Shown here: piece by piece, positions 54,890 through 64,000 of the stretch | Layout: each line of letters begins with the position of its first letter | Position numbering within the stretch: position 1 is the first letter of the stretch | DNA from: Paraspadella gotoi | Taxonomy: Eukaryota; Animalia; Chaetognatha | Assembly (NCBI GenBank): GCA_051294375.1 | Contig: CM119267.1 | Span: 18,490,900 to 18,554,899 of the forward strand | Direction of reading: 5' to 3' | Length of the DNA stretch: 64,000 nucleotides | The notes under the pieces: generated by a model | The model's database searches: none | What the model was told of the DNA's origin: nothing | Seen by the model: the letters and a program-made list of their open reading frames with translations, nothing else | Position numbers and translations under genes: made by a program

Positions 54890-54936
<47 letters not shown>

Positions 54937-55538
54937 AAGATGGAGAAGAGAGAGAGAGAAAACGCGATAGTTTATGTTTTGATTCTTTTCTCCAGCTGTC
55001 AAATTGTCCTTTCGTTTACAACGATGACAAAGAACCCTAGATTTTTCTGCAGGGACGCGAATCCAGATGTCGTCTTTTTATCAGTTATCGTGCGTCGTTC
55101 GTCGTCGTCATTTCTTTCACGCACCTGTTTTGGTCCCCGGGCCTAGGGTGATATACTATCATATCACCGGAGTTTTGTAGAAACCGATATTATTTGACGC
55201 ACCGAGCGACTTCGCGTTTGAGTGTAAATATTCGAGGGTGTCCGTCCAGAATGTTCGGCAGCAAAGGGTGATGGAAGGGGCGAGGATGTTGCGACTTGTG
55301 GCGGGTGGTCGTGGCTGGAGAAAAGGTCAATGATGGGGATGAGACGGTAATGTGGAAAGAGAGGTCGGGGGTGGGGCGAAATGAATGGTCTTCTTTTCTG
55401 CGTCGAGTTATTTATAAGATTTTTGGAGTGAGATCGAGGGATAAATAGAAAGCATAAAAAGTGGGATGAAAGTGGGTTTAAAGACTTCTGGGAGAGAGAG
55501 GAAGAGAGATGGGAGGAGAGGAGAGAGAGAGAGAGAGA

Positions 55539-55573
<35 letters not shown>

Positions 55574-55725
55574 AAGTTTGAATCTGAACTGAAATAAAGG
55601 GTCGATGAGCATTACGAAGAGGGGATCTATGATCGGTTTGGAGGGAGAGAATAAGAAAAGGGTTTGAGAGACAGAGGGAGAGAAAGGAAAGAGAGAGGGA
55701 GAGTAGAGGGGTGAGAGAGTAACCG

Positions 55726-55727
<2 letters not shown>

Positions 55728-55770
<43 letters not shown>

Positions 55771-55840
55771 TAATAATAATATTAATAAATATATAATAAT
55801 AATAATATAATAATAATAATAATATTAATAATAATAATTA
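55728..55840. repeat. (AAT)n trinucleotide repeat
   Basis: Read directly; a noisy counterpart lies at ~39740-39840. Confidence 0.93.
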
Positions 55841-57463
55841 TTGGAAGCACGAGGGGCCGGGGTCGTGGCGCTCTCGAAAAAACGGAGGGCGCGCTGGAAG
55901 ACGAGGGGAGGGGTCGTGGGGTCTCGACGGAGGGTGCGCTGGTGTCGTCGAAAGACTCGGCTCAGGTCGACGCGGGGGCGGGGAAAAGTCAGAAAAAATT
56001 TGAGATCTTCCAGATTTTCTGAGGATCGAGTCTCGCGTCGTCGAGACGTGTGGGAGTGGAGACGACGTCGTCGGATCGAACGGTGTGGTTCGTTGGAAAG
56101 GATCGTCGCCCGCCCGCCGAATGAGTGGGCGGAGTCGCATCGAGAAACGTTGCCGCGCGATCGACAAAGACGATCCACGATATTGAAGACGACGTCAGGA
56201 TAAGAAATTAAGAATGACATCGAGACGATGACTACGACATCCCGATCGACGGGACGATCCAGGGATTAGACCCAACATCGACGATCACCTCGATCCGATT
56301 CCTTCCAAAATGAGGGATTAGCCCTGTCGTTGACGATCTCGATGGTAGATCGTCCGGGGTTGACCCCATTTTTTCGACCTTAAGAGGTCGTTCAAACAAA
56401 AGGGAATTCGGCATGTGACCTTCGATGAATAAAAGAGCAAACCACCTGACGTCGAATGAAAAAAAAGGGAATTAGCTTCTCGTCTTCGATCGACGGTCTC
56501 CTAGCAACGGAGATCGAAAGTGAGGGTTTTAAACTCATCGAAAAAAACAAAACAAAGTGAAAAACAATTCGTTACACTTCCTTTCAAAAAAAAAAAAAAA
56601 AAAAAAAAAAAATTTAGAAGTTAATTGAGCTCCGGAGGGAAAGATTCAGTCAAGGAAAGAAACGTTTCTGCACTCTCTTCTCTCTCTCTCCCTCTCTTCT
56701 CTCCTCCTTCTCTCCTTCTCTCCTCTCTCACTCTCTCTCTCTCTCTCGTCTCTCCCGTCCTCTCTCCTTCTTTTCTCTCATCCTCAAAATCACCATGTCC
56801 TTCTCTTCGCTCTCTCGGCATCTCTCATCTCTTCGCCGCTCTCTCGTCTNNNNNNNNNNNNNNNNNNNNNNNNNNNNNNNNNNNNNNNNNNNNNNNNNNN
56901 NNNNNNNNNNNNNNNNNNNNNNNNNNNNNNNNNNNNNNNNNNNNNNNNNNNNNNNNNNNNNNNNNNNNNNNNNNNNNNNNNNNNNNNNNNNNNNNNNNNN
57001 NNNNNNNNNNNNNNNNNNNNNNNNNNNNNNNNNNNNNNNNNNNNNNNNNNNNNNNNNNNNNNNNNNNNNNNNNNNNNNNNNNNNNNNNNNNNNNNNNNNN
57101 NNNNNNNNNNNNNNNNNNNNNNNNNNNNNNNNNNNNNNNNNNNNNNNNNNNNNNNNNNNNNNNNNNNNNNNNNNNNNNNNNNNNNNNNNNNNNNNNNNNN
57201 NNNNNNNNNNNNNNNNNNNNNNNNNNNNNNNNNNNNNNNNNNNNNNNNNNNNNNNNNNNNNNNNNNNNNNNNNNNNNNNNNNNNNNNNNNNNNNNNNNNN
57301 NNNNNNNNNNNNNNNNNNNNNNNNNNNNNNNNNNNNNNNNNNNNNNNNNNNNNNNNNNNNNNNNNNNNNNNNNNNNNNNNNNNNNNNNNNNNNNNNNNNN
57401 NNNNNNNNNNNNNNNNNNNNNNNNNNNNNNNNNNNNNNNNNNNNNNNNNNNNNNNNNNNNNNN

Positions 57464-57496
<33 letters not shown>

Positions 57497-60177
57497 AGAG
57501 TGAATATATACAATGGGCTAATCTCAGGGTCAGTGGGTCATCCGAAAAGGAGCATAAGACGGTCCCAATGAAACGAACGATACAGTATTTGAATCGAGTA
57601 TTTCTCTTCTTCTCTCTTTTATCTGTCCGAATCAAATCAATTATTTGTTTATTTATTCTTTCATTTATTATTTCTTACTTTCTTTTTTTCCTTTTNNNNN
57701 NNNNNNNNNNNNNNNNNNNNNNNNNNNNNNNNNNNNNNNNNNNNNNNNNNNNNNNNNNNNNNNNNNNNNNNNNNNNTTTTTCTTTTTTCTTTTTTCTTTT
57801 TTCTTTTTTCTTTCTCACTTTCTTTTTTTCTCTCTCTCTATTTGGAATCCTAGATATTTTTGTTTGTTTGCAAAGATCACTACCAAGGTTGTCTGAGCAT
57901 CTTTCTCTCATTCAGTCTTTAGTTCTTTTGTTTTCAAAAGGAAATAAGATTTTTTTTCACTTTATAATTTCGCTCCGAAAAAACCCAGGTTCAAAAGGCG
58001 GCGTTGGACGCATGGGAATATTTTTTTTATAGTTAATGAGTGGGTGGCTCTCTCTCTTTTTCTCTTTCTCTCTCTTCTCTCTCTCTCTCTGTTTTTTTTA
58101 AATGGCGACGCCCAATGTTTGTCGATACTTGATTTTTTTTTTAAGGTAAAAAAAAAATAATTGTGCCATTAACTCGTCGGATAGCTCGACGAAAATTCTG
58201 GGACTCGGAACCTCGATCTAACGATCGGGTTCCAGAAACTTCAAACGCGCAAATAAAATGTCTGGGAAAGAGAGAGAAAGAGAGAGAGAGAGAGAGATTC
58301 AAAACTCGTTCCAACCCGAAAAAGTTTCTCGAAAAACGAGATTTAGAAAAGAAACTCATAAAAAAGAAACGATTATTGAGTTTTGAACTTCATTTCGCCT
58401 TGTCTGTTTTTTTTTCGCCCGCCAAACAAATTCCCAGTTAAATTTCAAGTTTTCTTCTTTTTTTTTTCCGCTTTCTGTTATTTTTTATTTTTTTCTTTCT
58501 TCTGTCTTTCTTCTCTATCTCTCTTTCTCTGGAGTGTGAGAAATTCGAATGTCTCAAGAATTCCAAAGCAAGCACACTTTTTTTTTTGAGATTGAGAGAG
58601 AGAGTGAGAGCTTCACAAATGAAATGGCCAATATTTACCAGCGGTTTTAGAGCGTCTTTGAACGCAGCATTAAGGTGGCTTTCTCGAAGGNNNNNNNNNN
58701 NNNNNNNNNNNNNNNNNNNNNNNNNNNNNNNNNNNNNNNNNNNNNNNNNNNNNNNNNNNNNNNNNNNNNNNNNNNNNNNNNNNNNNNNNNNNNNNNNNNN
58801 NNNNNNNNNNNNNNNNNNNNNNNNNNNNNNNNNNNNNNNNNNNNNNNNNNNNNNNNNNNNNNNNNNNNNNNNNNNNNNNNNNNNNNNNNNNNNNNNNNNN
58901 NNNNNNNNNNNNNNNNNNNNNNNNNNNNNNNNNNNNNNNNNNNNNNNNNNNNNNNNNNNNNNNNNNNNNNNNNNNNNNNNNNNNNNNNNNNNNNNNNNNN
59001 NNNNNNNNNNNNNNNNNNNNNNNNNNNNNNNNNNNNNNNNNNNNNNNNNNNNNNNNNNNNNNNNNNNNNNNNNNNNNNNNNNNNNNNNNNNNNNNNNNNN
59101 NNNNNNNNNNNNNNNNNNNNNNNNNNNNNNNNNNNNNNNNNNNNNNNNNNNNNNNNNNNNNNNNNNNNNNNNNNNNNNNNNNNNNNNNNNNNNNNNNNNN
59201 NNNNNNNNNNNNNNNNNNNNNNNNNNNNNNNNNNNNNNNNNNNNNNNNNNNNNNNNNNNNNNNNNNNNNNNNNNNNNNNNNNNNNNNNNNNNNNNNNNNN
59301 NNNNNNNNNNNNNNNNNNNNNNNNNNNNNNNNNNNNNNNNNNNNNNNNNNNNNNNNNNNNNNNNNNNNNNNNNNNNNNNNNNNNNNNNNNNNNNNNNNNN
59401 NNNNNNNNNNNNNNNNNNNNNNNNNACGACAACGACGACGACAACGACGAAAACTAGGGAAGGAATGTGTCTTCATTCCTCCCCGATTTATCTTCATCCT
59501 CCCCCACCTACTCTTCCTCCTCCTCCTCCACCACCTACCAAATCTACCACCACCACCACCTCGTATATTCATTCGATTTCTTCTTTTCTCTTGTTTGTGA
59601 TTCAGCGAACTTTTACTTAACTTAACGTAGGAGGTCTTTTTTTTCTACCTACTCTCTATTTTGTTCTCTTTTTTTCTTCTACTTTATCATTCTTCTCTTC
59701 TTTTCTCTCCTCTTTTCTCTTTTCTTATTCACATCTCTTCTCTTTCTCTTCCCTTTAGTACATTAAATATATGCGAATTTAAAACATTCTCCCTCTCTCG
59801 CTTTACCACCCAAATGTTCTTCTTAAAATCCTCAAATGATTCGAACAAAGACGATGACGATGACAAAGACGACGACGAATACAACGACGAAGACGACGAC
59901 GAAGTCTTTGTACTTTGTGGCCCGTAGTATCGTAGTGGTCAATAAGAATGACCTGTTCTTAACCGAACATAAATGACCTTGTTTTTAAAAATAAAAATAA
60001 AAATAAAATAAATAAACTTTTTTTCAGCCAATGTAAATACGGAGTTGTTATTGTTGTTATTTTTATAATTTTTGCTTTTTTTTACACATTTTTTCCCCAA
60101 ATTCTCGTTTTGAGTCATCTCACTTACCTTTTTATCTCTCACCCTTCCCCCACCCACACCTACATCAGAAACACCAG

Positions 60178-61456
60178 ATGGAGCCTTTCCTGCTGCTTAA
60201 GCCTCCGTCATCGTCTTCCGGCGACAACTTCTCCCTCCAACCGCCGGCGCCTTTCGATCGCCATCAACGCCAAAGCGCCTCTTGCGTGGACGACGTTCTC
60301 GGCGAGCAAGAAAACAACAACAATAACAATAACAACAACGTCAACCCCTCCGATGCCAAACCCCAAATCGGCATCAACCTCAATCTGAGCCTCAAGTTTG
60401 AACCTTCTTTCAACGGTTTCGTCAAATCGACGTGCCGCTCCGGCCTCGCGGAACGACGCCTCTCCACTTCGCTGATGCCTCCGCCGCCGCCGCTGACGCC
60501 GCGGCCAGACGCGCTGCCCCTGCGATCCACGAGTTCGAACCCTTTGATATCGGAGGGCGTCTCGACGCCTTCGTCTACGACCTCTTCTCGCGGGGCGTCC
60601 CCTTCGGTGAGCCAACTCTTCCGCAGCCCGTCAGTGGACGAATGCCCCGATTCGGTGCTGCCGACCTCGATGTGGGAGGACATCACCAACTCCATCATTA
60701 AGATTGAGAACGAAGATAACTTTTCGCTGGAGTCCATCGCGCCGTCCACGTCGACGACGGCGACGAAAGACACCGCCGGCGCCTCCGCTAACGTTTTGGC
60801 TTCGATAAAAACGGAGCCGATGGACGAAGCGTCTTCGCCGATCGGCGGTTACGTCGTCAAACAAGAACGAATGGAAGTTTGTGCCTCCACGACGTCGTCG
60901 TCGTCGTCGTCGTCCTCATCGACTTCCATTCCTCTCTCTTCCCGCCCTAATCCAGTCTTCCCGTCCCCGTCCTACAGCGAGAGTTCCCTCGCCGCGCCGT
61001 CCTACTCTCCCTCGGCGGCGCCGTTGACGATCGTCTCGCGCTTCCCGCCGTCGCCGCCGAGTTCGTCTCCCTCGTCTCCGCGCGACGCCGCTCTCGCCGC
61101 CGGACTCGTTCTCTCCATCTCCAAAGCGTCACATCCGATCCTCACGCGGCGAACGCCGCCGCCGCCCTACGCCGCCGCCGTCTCCGGCAAGCAAAACTCT
61201 TTGCATCAGCAGCAGCAGCAGCAACGGCATCAGCAACTCCATCACCGCGGCGTCGTCGGCCCCAATCCCATCGTCGTCTCCTCCGTCGATCCTTCGATCT
61301 CTTTCGACGTCGTCTCTTCCTCCAGCGTGTCGTCGACGACGTCTTCGGCGGATTCGGTCGACGCCGGCGGAAAGACCACGTGTCACGTCATCAAGTACAA
61401 CAGGCGGAACAATCCGGAGCTGGAGAAGAGAAGGATTCATCACTGCAATCACCCTG
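60178..61456 (+). CDS. KLF5: Large exon of a Kruppel-like factor, KLF5/dar1-like; the zinc-finger exons lie beyond the window or in gaps
   Basis: Ends KYNRRNNPELEKRRIHHCNHPG|GTGAG, matching the KLF5/dar1 pre-finger sequence and the conserved KLF intron in finger 1. Contains IKTE/VKQE, SPPSS and PPPY motifs. Confidence 0.85.
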
Positions 61457-61967
61457 GTGAGCATCGTGGTATGATGCGGTGAATAACGCTTTTGAATTGG
61501 TCGGAGGAGAAGAGGCGGGGGCGTGTTAATTTATCAGTAATTAGTTGAGAGTCCGAAAAATATTTTTTTTAACAATAACCTATGATAACTCGTAAAAGTT
61601 TATTGGTAAACAATTTAGGAATCCTCCCACTACTCAATCGTCTAGACGACAAACGAGTATTTTTTTTTCCCTTCGGATCTCGAGCTATTGATAAAACCTT
61701 TGATCCGATAACGGTTTTTAACTGTCAAAAAATTTTTCAATCCGTTAATATCGATCGTTATCGCGAAAAAGGGCTAGAGACCTCGAACCTCTCAAAAAAT
61801 GGTTTCGAGCTTCAAAGTGGCGAGAAATCGAATTTTATCTCGGTTCTAACCACTTCCGCCCCTCCCCCCCGTGGCACTTTTTTTGTGGTCCCGAGATACG
61901 AGGTTGCCTGGCGATGAACGATTGAAATATTTAAAAAAAAATAGTTTTGATAAAACCTTTAAGTATT

Positions 61968-61999
<32 letters not shown>

Positions 62000-64000
62000 G
62001 AGTTAAAAAAAAAGGGTTAATTGAATTGTCTATCATTTCTTAATCCTCATTCTTAAGGGATTGAGAAAATGCTGATTTATAGTCAATTCCGCCCTCAACT
62101 CCGAGGTCCCGGGTTCGTTCCCAAGCCAATAAAGCATTTCATCGGTAATTTTGAAACCGCGAAAGAGCGTTTGGTCGACGATGTTGAGTTGGGATAATTA
62201 TCGGAGTTTAAAACTCTTGATCTCGCGCTCGACGGGGATCGTGCCGAAGAAAAACCCTAGGATTTCGAACACCGGGAAAGACTGTCACCGCGACGACGCC
62301 GACTTTGGAGTGAAAGAGAGAAAGAAACGAGTCGAGAAATTCGAGAGAACAGATGTTTTTGTTTTTATGATGTGACTCTATAAAAGTCTGTTAAGTTTCC
62401 GACTGTCATAGCGTTCTTTCTGAATCTTAAAGACACTCTTTTAGCCTTTATTGAAATTCTCTTTTCTAATCTTTGCCGGCACGCTTGTTTTTAAGATTTG
62501 CTGCTGCAACTAAGTTCCACTAATTNNNNNNNNNNNNNNNNNNNNNNNTTGGTCTTAGTGCAAGTGCAATTCGCGACGCGAGTATAAACGGCTTCTATTA
62601 TCTTTTCATTTCTTTTCTTTTTGTCCTTTTTTTGCTCCGAGGTCCCATTTTCGTCATTTACTTTTCAAAATACTTTTTTCATTTAAGCTCTTTGCTTTCT
62701 CTCCTTTTCATTTCTGACGATAAGANNNNNNNNNNNNNNNNNNNNNNNNNNNNNNNNNNNNNNNNNNNNNNNNNNNNNNNNNNNNNNNNNNNNNNNNNNN
62801 NNNNNNNNNNNNNNNNNNNNNNNNNNNNNNNNNNNNNNNNNNNNNNNNNNNNNNNNNNNNNNNNNNNNNNNNNNNNNNNNNNNNAGAGAGAGAGAGACTT
62901 TTTAGCATAAACCGAGGCCGAAATTATGTTTGCCCAAGAAAAAGAATTGTTTGTTCACTTATCTTCGGCAATCAGACTAGAAAGTACCTGTGTCAACATT
63001 TCATTCTTTTTCCTTTTTTTCGTTTTTACGCGTAATGGAAAGAACGTAGTAAGAACCAGAAATATCTGCGCAGTAGAANNNNNNNNNNNNNNNNNNNNNN
63101 NNNNNNNNNNNNNNNNNNNNNNNNNNNNNNNNNNNNNNNNNNNNNNNNNNNNNNNNNNNNNNNNNNNNNNNNNNNNNNNNNNNNNNNNNNNNNNNNNNNN
63201 NNNNNNNNNNNNNNNNNNNNNNNNNNNNNNNNNNNNNNNNNNNNNNNNNNNNNNNNNNNNNNNNNNNNNNNNNNNNNNNNNNNNNNNNTTCTTTCTCTCT
63301 CTCTCTCTGCCTAGAGCAGACTCTTGATCACGAAAATTTTTTTTTAAAAACAATTTAATCCCGATTCTTGAGAGAGAAAGAGAGAGAGAAAAGGGAGAGA
63401 GAGAGAGAGATTGACTGACTTGAAGGACCCGAAGAAAAGGTTTTTGTGTTCGGCAGCGCTCGAACAAAATGAAAAGAAAAATTGAAGAAAACGAGTAAGA
63501 GAGAGAGAGAGAGAGAACGATAGAGACAGAGTGAGAGTATTGTATTACGCCCGCCGCCTCCTTGTATCGAGACCACCTTAGTCAAGGACTTTCTCTCGTA
63601 AATTGGGACAAAAGATGAAAAATTAATGTTTGAAACTTGAGATGGCGTCGATGATGGAATTTTCTAAACTCCTCCCCTCTNNNNNNNNNNNNNNNNNNNN
63701 NNNNNNNNNNNNNNNNNNNNNNNNNNNNNNNNNNNNNNNNNNNNNNNNNNNNNNNNNNNNNNNNNNNNNNNNNNNNNNNNNNNNNNNNNNNNNNNNNNNN
63801 NNNNNNNNNNNNNNNNNNNNNNNNNNNNNNNNNNNNNNNNNNNNNNNNNNNNNNNNNNNNNNNAAGCGCACCAACGGATACACACAGGTGAGACCCGAAG
63901 GAGCATCTCCTTTCCCCTAGCGCCACCCCACGGCGCGCCTGTAAACTGGATCGCGCCCAGAGCCAATTTCGACGCGGCGGTGGCGTCGCCTTCGTTGAGG

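Noticed and set aside
62095-62130. tRNA B-box-like GGTCCCGGGTTCGTTCCC
   Set aside because: No cloverleaf or A-box could be built; at most a SINE fragment.
31215-63966. Long ORFs containing X runs or SLSLSL/ERERER tracts
   Set aside because: Produced by N gaps and microsatellites.

Overview
Metazoan (intron-containing) genomic DNA from a draft assembly, in two very different halves. Bases ~300-25,200 hold nine compact housekeeping genes, all on the minus strand. In transcription order they are DNM1L/Drp1, MOCS1A, SSR2, an hnRNP A/B/D (squid-like) gene, twinfilin, DNAJB12/14, Orai, FNIP and PBZ-HPF1. Introns are mostly 50-300 nt, and stop-to-ATG spacers are as short as ~250 nt. Eight of the nine genes have a splice-acceptor-like AG 6-59 nt before the ATG with no obvious upstream donor. 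This is the layout expected of a spliced-leader trans-spliced eukaryotic operon (inference). A possible tenth small cistron lies at 11563-11790. Bases ~27,900-64,000 hold a divergently transcribed KLF5/dar1-like transcription factor. It has an immediate-early-type promoter (2 CRE, 2 CArG, TATA), a very large microsatellite-rich first intron, and zinc-finger exons beyond the window. About 18 kb of that intron (~36.2-54.3 kb) looks like a noisy duplicate of its flanks, probably a long-read gap-filling artefact. All identifications are from recalled protein motifs; no database searches were run.
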